Notes under the pieces: generated by a model
The model's database searches: none
Told to the model about the DNA's origin: nothing
The model's input: only the letters and a program-made list of their open reading frames with translations
Program-made: the position numbers and the translations under genes
Shown here: positions 11,965-20,740 of the stretch, one piece after another
How positions within the stretch are numbered: the first letter of the stretch is position 1
Layout: the number at the start of each line of letters is the position of its first letter
Origin: Gemmatimonadota bacterium
GTDB taxonomy: Bacteria > Gemmatimonadota > Gemmatimonadetes > Palauibacterales > Palauibacteraceae
Direction: 5' to 3'
Assembly (NCBI GenBank): GCA_039585235.1
Contig: JBDGWG010000003.1
Location: forward strand, 20,461-84,460
Length of the DNA stretch: 64,000 nt

Positions 11965-12366
11965 ATGTATACGCTACTGATCGCACTGATCAGCGTCATC
12001 GCGGTCGTGCTCATTCTGATCATACTGCTGCAGTCAGGGAAGGGTGGAGGGCTTGCTGCCGAGTTTGGCGGCGCATCTTCATCGACCGATTCCTTCATGG
12101 GCGGTCGCCAGGCGGCCAACTTCCTGACTCGGGCCACGTGGATCGGTGGCGGAGCCTACCTCGCGCTCGCTCTTCTGCTGTCGGTCCTCTCGGCTCGGCA
12201 GTCTGCCCCCCCGGAGTCGATTCTCCGGGAAGAGTTCGGTCAGCCAGCAGCTCCTCCGTCGTCGATCCTTGAGACGGAAGGACAGGAGGCGCCTGCCGCT
12301 CCGGTCCCGGTCCAGACTCCGCAGGACGACGAATCGGGTGGAGAAGAGGAACCGGACGGCGACTGA
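11965..12366 (+). CDS. secG: Preprotein translocase subunit SecG, with an acidic/Pro-rich C-terminal tail
   Basis: Motif LIALISVIAVVLILIILLQSGKGGGL is typical of SecG. The RBS ggaagaggtgg precedes the ATG. Conserved gap-pgk-tpiA-secG order. Confidence 0.8.
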   Translation: MYTLLIALISVIAVVLILIILLQSGKGGGLAAEFGGASSSTDSFMGGRQAANFLTRATWIGGGAYLALALLLSVLSARQSAPPESILREEFGQPAAPPSSILETEGQEAPAAPVPVQTPQDDESGGEEEPDGD

Positions 12367-12378
12367 GCCGAGGTAGGA

Positions 12379-12984
12379 TCAGGAGCCCGCTGACACGGCG
12401 GGGTCCGGTTTGAAACGGCTGTCGTCGGGCGGCAGGTCCAGGTAGTCGACGAACCGGCCGTTGTCCACCTGATTCCCCAACCACTCGTCAAACCCGGACG
12501 CCGTGAGTCCTCGCGGGGCCTGACCCGACCTGGCGGTGCTGATGGCCAGGTCGTTTGCGTACTCGTTCTTTGGATGGTCGGCGTGTCCGCGTACCCACCG
12601 CCACTCCACCTGGTGTGTCGCTGCAATCGCCACGAGCCGGCGCCATAACTCCAGGTTCTCGATCTGGCCTCCCTTCCGGCGCCAGCCCCGGCGAGACCAC
12701 CCGTGCACCCATTCTTTCATCCCGCGTACCAGGTACTGGCTGTCCGATGTGAAGACCACGTCGCAGCGAGTGCGGAGGGCCGACAGTCCCACGATGCCGG
12801 ACATCAACGCCATGCGGTTGTTGGTGGTATCCGGATCGAAGGAGGCGAAATCCCTTCGGTACCACCCCTTGCGAGCATCGAACCGCTCGAGCATACCGGC
12901 GGCCGCCCCTGGCCGCGCGAGGTCCTGCCGCTGGTTGCCGAGGCACGATTCGTCCGCGTAGATATAGACCAGACTGGATGACAT
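12379..12984 (-). CDS. rnhA: Ribonuclease HI with an approximately 45-aa C-terminal extension
   Basis: Motifs IYADESCLGN and WVRGHADHPKNEYANDLA are typical of RNase HI. Confidence 0.8.
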   Translation of the reverse strand: MSSSLVYIYADESCLGNQRQDLARPGAAAGMLERFDARKGWYRRDFASFDPDTTNNRMALMSGIVGLSALRTRCDVVFTSDSQYLVRGMKEWVHGWSRRGWRRKGGQIENLELWRRLVAIAATHQVEWRWVRGHADHPKNEYANDLAISTARSGQAPRGLTASGFDEWLGNQVDNGRFVDYLDLPPDDSRFKPDPAVSAGS

Positions 12985-13004
12985 GATGCTCCGGGTGTTG
13001 GGAA

Positions 13005-14165
13005 GTGTCCCTAAACTCTAATTGGATGCCGGTGGTGACCCTGACGCAAGATCTTGACGGGTATCTACTCCTGGAGGATGGGGAGATCTGGTGGGGCAAG
13101 CTCGGTGGTGGCGAGACCGCTGCGGCCGGCGAGCTGGTCTTCACCACGAACCTCACGGGATACCAGGAAGTGCTTACCGACCCTTCGTTCGCAGGGCAGA
13201 TCGTTGTGATGACCGCCCCCATGATCGGCAACTATGGTGTGACTCCGATCGACGAGCAGGCTCGGAAGCCCTGGGCCTCGGCGTTCGTGGTCCGGGAGCT
13301 GTCCAGGGTAACGAGCGGTTGGCGGGCAGTTGGCGGCCTGGACAGCTATCTGGCCGATCACGGAATCGCGGTTCTCGTGGGGACTGACACGCGGGCGATC
13401 ACCCGGCACGTGCGGGAGCGGGGAGCCATGCGTTCGCTCATCGCCCCCGCCTCACTCCCGGTCGAGGAAGGCATGAAGCGCCTGACCGCGCACCCGCGCA
13501 TGGAGGGTCTGGACCTGGCAACCGAAGTGTCTACCACTGAGCCCTATTCGCTTGAGGCCAGGGGGACCGAGAGGGGACTCGTCGTATGCCTGGATTACGG
13601 GGTCAAGCTCAGGAGTCTCGAGCTGATATCGGCGGAGGGCTACCGGATCGAAGTACTTCCGGCGGGCACGGCGCCGCCCGAGATCCTGGCGAAGCGTCCT
13701 ACTGGGGTGTTCGTGTCGAATGGTCCGGGTGACCCGGCGGCAGTACCTCGGGCATCGGAAACCGTACGGGCGGTGAGTGATGCGGGTGTGCCGGTATTCG
13801 GAATCTGTCTCGGTTGCCAACTGGTGGCGCGCGCGTTCGGTGGTCGCACGTACAAGCTTCCCTACGGCCACAGGGGAGGGAATCACCCCGTCCGTAACCT
13901 GGAAACGGGGGCGGTGGAGATCACGTCGCAGAATCACGGGTTCGCGATCGCCGAGGAGAACGGTTTCGCGGAAGGAGCCGACGAGCTCAAAGTGACGCAC
14001 CGGAACCTCAACGACGGCACCGTAGAAGGCCTTTCGCACGTGTCTCGCCCGGTGTTCGCGGTGCAATTCCATCCCGAGGCGGCGCCCGGTCCGCACGACA
14101 GCCGGCACCTTTTCGCGCGGTTCGTGGAAGCGATGTGCGCAACTTCCGCTGTGGCAACCGGTTGA
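13005..14165 (+). CDS. carA: Carbamoyl-phosphate synthase small (glutamine amidotransferase) subunit
   Basis: N-terminal CarA domain (LLLEDG...TGYQEVLTDPSFAGQIV). GATase triad context GICLGCQL...HRGGNHPV. Confidence 0.88.
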   Translation: MSLNSNWMPVVTLTQDLDGYLLLEDGEIWWGKLGGGETAAAGELVFTTNLTGYQEVLTDPSFAGQIVVMTAPMIGNYGVTPIDEQARKPWASAFVVRELSRVTSGWRAVGGLDSYLADHGIAVLVGTDTRAITRHVRERGAMRSLIAPASLPVEEGMKRLTAHPRMEGLDLATEVSTTEPYSLEARGTERGLVVCLDYGVKLRSLELISAEGYRIEVLPAGTAPPEILAKRPTGVFVSNGPGDPAAVPRASETVRAVSDAGVPVFGICLGCQLVARAFGGRTYKLPYGHRGGNHPVRNLETGAVEITSQNHGFAIAEENGFAEGADELKVTHRNLNDGTVEGLSHVSRPVFAVQFHPEAAPGPHDSRHLFARFVEAMCATSAVATG

Positions 14166-14255
14166 CACGGTTTCTCCTACCACGCTAGTTTCCACCGATC
14201 TGGAGGCGCCGCGCGGACGAGGTGACTCGCCCCGGATCGCGGGCGCATCCACCAC

Positions 14256-15182
14256 ATGGAGGCTCATCTCCACACGTGGGAGCCAGTTAGCGTGCACCGG
14301 CGCATGACGGTTCTCAGCATTGTTCTGCTTCTAGCGTTCTTCGCGATCGGCGCCGGCGTCGTCGTGCGCCTGATACTCGGCGGCCCCCTGGTGTCGCGCG
14401 ATCGCATCGCCGTCCTTCCGGTGTACGGTGTCATCGAGTCCGACGCGGCGTTCATGAAGAACCTCGTGGAGTTTCGTGACGATGAATCCGTGCGGGGATT
14501 CGTGATCGAGATCCGTTCGCCGGGCGGTTTGGCGGGGACGGCTCAGAGCATGTACTCCGAGCTCGCGCGCCTGCGGGACTCGGACGACCGGCCGGTCGTA
14601 GCGTGGATCGGAGAAGTCGGCGCGTCCGGTGGCTACTACGTGGCGCTCGGAGCGGACAGCATCCTGGCTCTTCCCAGTTCCATCACCGGGTCCATCGGCG
14701 TGATCATGGAGTTCCCGAATGCCGAGGAACTGCTGCGAAAGGCCGGCGTGGGCCTGGAGGTTGTCAAGAGCGGGGAGCTGAAGGACATGGGATCACCCGT
14801 CCGCGACATCACGGAGGAGGAGAGGCGGGTGCTGCAAGAGCTCGTAGACGACGTCTACGAGCAGTTCGTGTCCGCGGTTAGCGAGAATCGTGGAATGGAA
14901 AGGGCCAGCGTTCTCGCCCTGTCCGATGGCAGGGTGATGTCAGGCGCCCGCGCGGCTGAGCTTGGTCTCGTGGATCGCACGGCGACTCTGGCTGAGACCC
15001 TGAATATGGTGGGTCGCATGACTGGACTGGGGGATGATCCGCGCACCGTGCGACCGCTGGAGCGAAGACTGGGATTCTGGGATGTGGTTCGTGGGGTCGA
15101 GGAGTCGAGGCTGCACTCGCTTGTGAGGCGCATTCTCGACCGGTCCTTCATGGGTCCGCGACTCCGTTATCAATGGCCGTGA
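14256..15182 (+). CDS. sppA: Signal peptide peptidase SppA (36K type)
   Basis: N-terminal TM helix followed by an S49 peptidase domain (IRSPGGLAGT...GASGGYYVA). The start is probably the ATG at 14304. Confidence 0.8.
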   Translation: MEAHLHTWEPVSVHRRMTVLSIVLLLAFFAIGAGVVVRLILGGPLVSRDRIAVLPVYGVIESDAAFMKNLVEFRDDESVRGFVIEIRSPGGLAGTAQSMYSELARLRDSDDRPVVAWIGEVGASGGYYVALGADSILALPSSITGSIGVIMEFPNAEELLRKAGVGLEVVKSGELKDMGSPVRDITEEERRVLQELVDDVYEQFVSAVSENRGMERASVLALSDGRVMSGARAAELGLVDRTATLAETLNMVGRMTGLGDDPRTVRPLERRLGFWDVVRGVEESRLHSLVRRILDRSFMGPRLRYQWP

Positions 15183-15230
15183 TCTTTGGAGCTGGGCCGG
15201 AACACCATCCACCGGCAAGGGGGGATTCAC

Positions 15231-15518
15231 ATGACCAAGGCTGATCTCGTCGAACAGGTACACGAAGCGATCGGACCCGGCGTGACCAAGAAGGACTGTG
15301 CGGCAGTGATCGACGCCTTTCTGAATGCGGTGAAGCAGTCGATCGCGAACAGAGAGCACATCGAGATCCGGGGCTTCGGGACCTTCAAAGTGAGGAATCG
15401 ACGGCCGAGGATCGCGCGGAATCCGAGAACGGGCGAATCGGTGACCGTGCCGGCGCGGGCCGTGCCCATTTTCAAGCCGTCCCGTCTGTTCAAGAAACAG
15501 GTCGAAGACGCCTTCTAG
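15231..15518 (+). CDS. HU/IHF-family nucleoid-associated DNA-binding protein
   Basis: 95 aa with motifs MTKADLVEQV and IEIRGFGTFKVRNRRPRIARNPRTGE, typical of HU/IHF. Confidence 0.8.
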   Translation: MTKADLVEQVHEAIGPGVTKKDCAAVIDAFLNAVKQSIANREHIEIRGFGTFKVRNRRPRIARNPRTGESVTVPARAVPIFKPSRLFKKQVEDAF

Positions 15519-15538
15519 TCCGCGACCGATCGCTCACC

Positions 15539-15567
15539 GCGGCCGCCTCCACAGTGGAGGTGGCCGC
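15539..15567. terminator. Bidirectional GC-rich hairpin between the convergent HU/IHF and aminotransferase genes
   Basis: gcggccgcctccac-ag-tggaggtggccgc: a 13-14 bp stem with one mismatch. No T-tract. Confidence 0.45.
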
Positions 15568-15578
15568 CCGCGGGCGCT

Positions 15579-16739
15579 TCAGGAAAAGAACGTCCTGACG
15601 CGGGCGAGGCCTTCGGCCAGGTCCTCATCCGATACCGCGTAGTTCAGTCGGAGGAAACCGGGAGTGCCGAACGGCTCGCCCGGGACCGTGGCCACTCCGG
15701 CCTCCGTGAGCAGCTGCTCCGCGACGATCATTGAGTCGGACGTGCCCGTGAGCCGCGCGTATACGTAAATCGCCCCCGCAGGTACCCGTACCTCGAGCCC
15801 GGGCACTCCCGCCAGAGCATTTACCGCCGTATCTCGTCGGCGACGAAGGATATCACGAAAACCCCTGATGATGTCGTCGCGCTCGGGAGAGGCGAGCACC
15901 GCGGCGGCTGCGTGTTGGGACGGACCCGCGGCGCCCGAGGTGGTCTGGCTCTGAAGGGCGGACATCTTTTGTACGACCTGCTCGGGGGCCACGGCATACC
16001 CGATTCTCCAGCCAGGCATGGAGAAAGCTTTAGATACTCCGTCCAAATGCACCACGAGGTCACGTTCGTGGGGCACGTCGCAGATCGAAGGCGCCGAGTC
16101 TCCCTCGTAGTACAACCGGCGGTAGATCTCATCCGAGACGATCCACACATCGTTCGCGGCAGCCCAGGCCGCGACTTCGGCCATGAGATCCCGCTCGTAC
16201 ACGTCGCCGCTCGGATTGCTCGGCGAATTCAGGAAGAGCCCTCGGGTGGCGGGCGACTTCAGACGCTCCAGGTCCGAGACGTCGATGCGGAAGCCACTCG
16301 CCCAGTCGGGCCGAACGACCACCGGCGTCGCTCCCGAGAGCCCTACGATCGCCAGATACGTGGGCCAGTACGGCGCGGGAACGAGGACTTCGTCTCCACT
16401 CTCGAACAGGCAGTAAGAGACGTTGAACAGGGCCTGCTTCACGCCGGCCGAGATTAACACGTTCGCGGGCTCGACCCGGGCATGAGTGGTCGTCGCACTT
16501 ACGTAGGAAGCCACCGCCGCCCGGAGCCCGGGTATGCCTGGAGTGGGCGGGTATCCGGCCTTTCCCGATCGGACGAATTCCACGCCAGCCTCGATCCCGA
16601 CCTGTGGAGTGGGGAAGGACGGCTCCCCCGCGGACAGGTCGATGACCGACTCGCCGGCGGCGCGCATCTGCTTGGCCCGGGCGCTGATGGCGAGAGTGGC
16701 AGAAGGGACGAGGGAAGCTACGTTCCTGGAGAACTGCAT
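15579..16739 (-). CDS. Pyridoxal-phosphate-dependent aminotransferase, class I (aspartate aminotransferase-like)
   Basis: 386 aa with the class-I aminotransferase architecture; the PLP-lysine region is VSKAFSMPGWRIGY. Confidence 0.85.
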   Translation of the reverse strand: MQFSRNVASLVPSATLAISARAKQMRAAGESVIDLSAGEPSFPTPQVGIEAGVEFVRSGKAGYPPTPGIPGLRAAVASYVSATTTHARVEPANVLISAGVKQALFNVSYCLFESGDEVLVPAPYWPTYLAIVGLSGATPVVVRPDWASGFRIDVSDLERLKSPATRGLFLNSPSNPSGDVYERDLMAEVAAWAAANDVWIVSDEIYRRLYYEGDSAPSICDVPHERDLVVHLDGVSKAFSMPGWRIGYAVAPEQVVQKMSALQSQTTSGAAGPSQHAAAAVLASPERDDIIRGFRDILRRRRDTAVNALAGVPGLEVRVPAGAIYVYARLTGTSDSMIVAEQLLTEAGVATVPGEPFGTPGFLRLNYAVSDEDLAEGLARVRTFFS

Positions 16740-16894
16740 GTGGCGCTCTCGGGTCCGGATGATTGTTGGAGATCCAGCCTCGCACTAGTTTCGAGGCAGC
16801 GTGACGTCGGGGGCGGAACACACGTCGCTCCACGGAAGCGAATGTTATTGAAGGCGCGGGGACGACGTCAAGATCGGCTTCTTGAGAGTGATAC

Positions 16895-17167
16895 ATGATC
16901 AGAGACACCACCACACGCCTGGCTCCTGAACAGGTACTGAACGGAGCCCGGCGGTTCTTCACGGCCGAGGATTCGCTGTCCCCGGCGACCGTCGTGGACG
17001 AGAGCGACCGGCACGTGACCGTCGCCACCTTCCGGAGCCGACTCGCGATTTCGGTCTGGACGGATGAGGAGGGCGGAGGGACCAGGGTGCGCGTGAGCAC
17101 GCTGCGCCGGCAGGATGCCGTCGGGCGGTTCTTGTCGTGGCTCGAGACGGTGGATCCGGCTGGGTGA
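16895..17167 (+). CDS. Hypothetical 90-aa protein translationally coupled to moaD
   Basis: Protein-like amino-acid composition. Its stop TGA at 17165-17167 overlaps the GTG start of moaD at 17164 (GTGA). No recognisable family. Confidence 0.4.
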   Translation: MIRDTTTRLAPEQVLNGARRFFTAEDSLSPATVVDESDRHVTVATFRSRLAISVWTDEEGGGTRVRVSTLRRQDAVGRFLSWLETVDPAG

Positions 17168-17418
17168 CGGGTCGGTTCGAGGTCGACGTCTTTCTGTTCG
17201 GGAGACATCGGGAGTTGGCGGGCGCCGCCGTGATCTCAGTCGAGTTGGCGGCGGGCGGGACAGTGGCCGATCTGCGGAGGACCCTGAGCGGACACCCTTC
17301 GCTGGGAAGTGCAGTGGAAGGTTCCGCCGTCGCCCTGAACAGGAGGTACGAGCCCGACGATTCTCCGGTTGTCGCCGGAGACGAAGTCGCGGTCATTCCT
17401 CCTGTGGCGGGTGGTTGA
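17164..17418 (+). CDS. moaD: Molybdopterin synthase sulfur-carrier subunit (ThiS/MoaD fold, C-terminal GG)
   Basis: Small protein ending ...VIPPVAGG, immediately upstream of moaE and moaA. The exact start is uncertain (GTG 17164 or ATG 17137). Confidence 0.65.
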   Translation: MTGRFEVDVFLFGRHRELAGAAVISVELAAGGTVADLRRTLSGHPSLGSAVEGSAVALNRRYEPDDSPVVAGDEVAVIPPVAGG

Positions 17419-17459
17419 CCGTGGCCCGGTCACCAGCCGCGAGATCGGCGTCGGATGGC

Positions 17460-17930
17460 GTCGTGGTTGCCGAAGTCACGGAAGACGAGCTGGACGGAGC
17501 CGATCTGCTGCGGCGCATGGGCAGCACGTCCGACGGCGCGGTGATCGTGTTCGAAGGAAGGGTTAGAGATCACAACTCAGGACGCTCGGTCGCGTGTCTG
17601 CACTACGACGCGTACCGCGAGATGGCGGACGAGGTACTGCGCGACATAGTCCGGGAGGCGATTCAAGACACCGGGGTGTCCGCGATCGGAGTGCGTCACC
17701 GGGTCGGCAGCCTGGGGCCACGGAGCGTTAGCCTCGTGGTCGCCGTGTCGGCCGCCCACCGGCGACCGGCGTATGAGGCTTCGGCCTACGTGATAGAGGA
17801 GCTCAAGAGGCGCCTTCCACTGTGGAAGAGGGAAGAGTACGGCGATGGCACGAGCCAGTGGTTGGATGGCCAGATGCCGCCAGTCGGCTCAACGGACGCA
17901 GGACCGGAGCCGGAGCGGAGGGGCGAATGA
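17460..17930 (+). CDS. moaE: Molybdopterin synthase catalytic subunit
   Basis: Motifs GAVIVFEGRVRDHN, AVSAAHRRPAYEA and LKRRLPLWKRE are MoaE-like. A GTG start was chosen downstream of the moaD stop. Confidence 0.8.
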   Translation, partial: VVVAEVTEDELDGADLLRRMGSTSDGAVIVFEGRVRDHNSGRSVACLHYDAYREMADEVLRDIVREAIQDTGVSAIGVRHRVGSLGPRSVSLVVAVSAAHRRPAYEASAYVIEELKRRLPLWKREEYGDGTSQWLDGQMPPVGSTDAGPEPERRGE

Positions 17931-18934
17931 CGGTGGAGCAGGGTGCTCACTCGATGCAGGATCAGTTCGGACGTCGGATCGACTACCTGCGTATCTCGGT
18001 CACTGACAAGTGCAATCTCCGCTGCACCTACTGCATGCCGGTGCAGGGGCTCGATTGGATCGACCGGGGCGAGTTCCTGACGTACGAGGAGATCGCCGAC
18101 GTCGTCCGCCAGATGGCCGGGCAAGGGTTGAGCCGGGTACGGCTTACGGGTGGTGAGCCGCTCGTCCGGCGTGACCTTCCGGATCTCGTTCGCATGCTCG
18201 CGCTGATCCCGGGAATCGAGGACATCGCGGTGTCGACGAATGCGGTGCTCCTTCCTCAGTTCGGCCGCGAGCTCAGGGAGGCGGGTGTCAGCCGGCTGAA
18301 CGTGAGCCTCGACACCCTGCGCAGGGACCGATTTCGCGATGTGGCACGGCGCCCGGAGCGGTTCTTCGATGCCACTATCGAGGGGATCGAGGCCGCCGAG
18401 CGATTGGGGTTCACGCCCCTCAAGATCAACACGGTGCTCATGCGGGGCCTGAACGACGACGAGATCGAGGACTTCGCCGCCATCACGAGAGAGCGCCCGT
18501 GGCACGTGCGCTTTATCGAGCTGATGCCGACGGGGGACAACCTTCACCTTTCAGAGCGCTTCCTGCCCACGGACTCGGTTGTCCGGCGCTTGCGGGCGAT
18601 CGGGGATCTGCGCTCCGCCAGCGGGCCCATCGGAAACGGACCGGCCACCTGCTTCCGGTTCGACGGAGCTCCGGGCACGGTCGGGTTCATCGCGCCTCTG
18701 TCCCACAACTACTGCGATAGCTGCAACCGGATGCGCCTGACGGCGGATGGTAAGCTGAGAACCTGCCTGTTCGGTACGCACGAGGTGGATCTGAAAACGC
18801 CGCTACGCGCCACGGGAGATATTCTACCCGCCGTCCGGACGGCCCTGGCCGGGAAGCCGGAACGACACCTGCTGCAGCTCGGAACTGCACGCGGCAGTGG
18901 CGGCCTGAGGGCCCTGAGCCAGGTAGGTGGCTGA
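17927..18934 (+). CDS. moaA: GTP 3',8-cyclase (molybdenum cofactor biosynthesis protein A)
   Basis: Radical-SAM motif CNLRCTYCMP with the LRISVTDKC context. C-terminal cysteines (CxxC) present. ATGA overlap with the moaE stop. Confidence 0.9.
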   Translation: MTVEQGAHSMQDQFGRRIDYLRISVTDKCNLRCTYCMPVQGLDWIDRGEFLTYEEIADVVRQMAGQGLSRVRLTGGEPLVRRDLPDLVRMLALIPGIEDIAVSTNAVLLPQFGRELREAGVSRLNVSLDTLRRDRFRDVARRPERFFDATIEGIEAAERLGFTPLKINTVLMRGLNDDEIEDFAAITRERPWHVRFIELMPTGDNLHLSERFLPTDSVVRRLRAIGDLRSASGPIGNGPATCFRFDGAPGTVGFIAPLSHNYCDSCNRMRLTADGKLRTCLFGTHEVDLKTPLRATGDILPAVRTALAGKPERHLLQLGTARGSGGLRALSQVGG

Positions 18935-18938
18935 AGGC

Positions 18939-18958
18939 GCAACCGGCGGTTGCGCTTC
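18939..18958 (+). terminator. GC hairpin directly after the moaA stop
   Basis: gcgcaacc-ggcg-ggttgcgc perfect 8-bp stem. No T-tract. Confidence 0.35.
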
Positions 18959-19070
18959 GACGTAGGCACGGTAGGTTGAGTTAGGGGAGTGCTGGCGGCG
19001 TGTCCCCCGCGGCGCCCGCTTTCCCGAACGGCAAGCCCCAATCCAACCTTTCCACTCAAGGACGGTCACC

Positions 19071-19997
19071 GTGGACAAGATAACCGTAGTCGGAGCCGGT
19101 CACGTCGGTGCGACGGCCGCGCAGCGGATCGCCGAGCGAGAGCTGGCGGGCGTCGTCGTGCTGGTCGACATTCTGGAAGGCGTGCCGCAGGGCAAGGCCC
19201 TCGACCAGTGGGAGTCGGCGCCTGTGGAGGGCTTCGACACCATGGTCATGGGAGCCCAGAGCTACGAAGAGACTGCAGGGTCGGGTGTGTACGTCGTCAC
19301 CGCCGGATTGGCTCGGAAGCCAGGCATGAGCCGCGACGACCTGGTGCAGAAGAACACGGCCATCATCCGGAGCGTTTCAGAGGAAATCGCGCGTTACAGC
19401 CCGGACTCCATCATCGTGATGGTCACGAACCCTCTGGACGTAATGGCCTACGTGGCCAAGGCAGTAACAGGCTTCCCGCGCGAGCGAGTCATCGGCATGG
19501 CGGGGATTCTCGATACTGCAAGGTTCCGGAGCTTCATCGCCATGGAGCTGGATGTCAGCGTCGAGGACATTCAGGCGCTGGTCCTCGGTGGCCACGGCGA
19601 CAGCATGGTGCCGATCGTCAGCACGGTCAGCGTGGGCGGCATCCCTCTCACTCAGCTTCTGAGTGCGGATCGGATCGAGGCACTTGTGCAGCGCACGCGC
19701 AAGGGAGGCGGCGAGATCGTGAAGCTGCTGGGAACGGGATCGGCCTACTACGCTCCATCTGCCGGCGCCGTACAGATGGTCGAAGCGATAGCAAGAGACA
19801 AGAAGAGGGTTCTGCCGTGCGCCGCGTGGCTCGAAGGGGAGTACGGTCTTGACGGGCTCTTCCTCGGCGTGCCCTGCAAGCTGGGAGCCGACGGGCTCGA
19901 GGGCGTGATCGAGGTAGAGCTGTCGGGCGCCGAGCGCGAGGCCCTCGGAGCTTCTGCGGAGGCCGTGCGCAGCACGATGGAGCTGGTCCAGCTCTGA
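19071..19997 (+). CDS. mdh: Malate dehydrogenase (LDH-like family)
   Basis: Motif ITVVGAGHVGAT, arginine in the substrate loop LARKPGMSRDDL, and NPLD. Confidence 0.9.
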   Translation: MDKITVVGAGHVGATAAQRIAERELAGVVVLVDILEGVPQGKALDQWESAPVEGFDTMVMGAQSYEETAGSGVYVVTAGLARKPGMSRDDLVQKNTAIIRSVSEEIARYSPDSIIVMVTNPLDVMAYVAKAVTGFPRERVIGMAGILDTARFRSFIAMELDVSVEDIQALVLGGHGDSMVPIVSTVSVGGIPLTQLLSADRIEALVQRTRKGGGEIVKLLGTGSAYYAPSAGAVQMVEAIARDKKRVLPCAAWLEGEYGLDGLFLGVPCKLGADGLEGVIEVELSGAEREALGASAEAVRSTMELVQL

Positions 19998-20038
19998 GCC
20001 GTCTGCCTAGAGGCCCCGCTGGCTGGCTTCCTGACTCG

Positions 20039-20069
20039 CGGGACCGCGCCCCGCGCGGGCGCGGTCCCG
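20039..20069 (+). terminator. GC-rich hairpin after mdh
   Basis: cgggaccgcgcc-ccgcgcg-ggcgcggtcccg perfect 12-bp inverted repeat. No T-tract. Confidence 0.45.
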
Positions 20070-20079
20070 CCCCCGGGCG

Positions 20080-20649
20080 ATGACGTATCTCGAGTTCCTC
20101 GGTCGGTGGTACAACGTCGCATTCCTGTTGGCCGGCGCAGGCGGCCTGGTCTGCGCGTTCTGGGGCAGGCTCCGGGGGCGGGATCTGTTTCGGCCAGCGG
20201 CCACGCTCGTGGTCACGTCGTTCACCGGTCTCACCTGCAACGGCACGATCCACGACCTGGGACTCGGTTCACCGGCTTCCCGGTTTCCCTACGTCCTCGT
20301 CGGGTCTGCGGCTGCGGGATGGTTGGCCGGCCGATGGCTGTGGCGATTCCGGGCACGCCATTTCCGCTCGATCTCGGCGGTGCGGTTCAACCGGCCGGGG
20401 CACGAGGGGGTCGAGGCCCGGCTGGTCACACGCCGCGCCGGGCCGGAATCGGGCTCGGGGAGAGCCCAGTGGCAGGACGGCGACGGAACGCTGCACATCG
20501 TACACGTCCATACGGCGGGTGAGGAGATCGGCTTCGGACGTCGCGTTCGCTTGAGCCGCTTCGACCCGGACGTCGAGTCCTACCTGGTAACGGCCTTGCC
20601 ACGTCGCCGGCGGGCTGATCACTCCTCCAACGCCGCTTCACCCGTGTGA
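20080..20649 (+). CDS. Hypothetical membrane protein, possibly NfeD/YqiJ-like (three TM helices plus a C-terminal OB-like beta domain)
   Basis: Three hydrophobic helices in the N-terminal 100 aa. The C-terminus (GVEARLVTRRAG...DGDGTLHIVHVHTAGEEIGFGRRVRLSRFD) has the alternating pattern of NfeD C-terminal beta-barrels. Family assignment is tentative. Confidence 0.45.
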   Translation: MTYLEFLGRWYNVAFLLAGAGGLVCAFWGRLRGRDLFRPAATLVVTSFTGLTCNGTIHDLGLGSPASRFPYVLVGSAAAGWLAGRWLWRFRARHFRSISAVRFNRPGHEGVEARLVTRRAGPESGSGRAQWQDGDGTLHIVHVHTAGEEIGFGRRVRLSRFDPDVESYLVTALPRRRRADHSSNAASPV

Positions 20650-20740
20650 CCGTCCGGCCACTGGGGTCGTCTTTGGGGCGAACTGCCTCGACTGAAAGCG
20701 AGGACCGGCTCGACCGGTCGGAAAACGGAGGAACCCCCAA

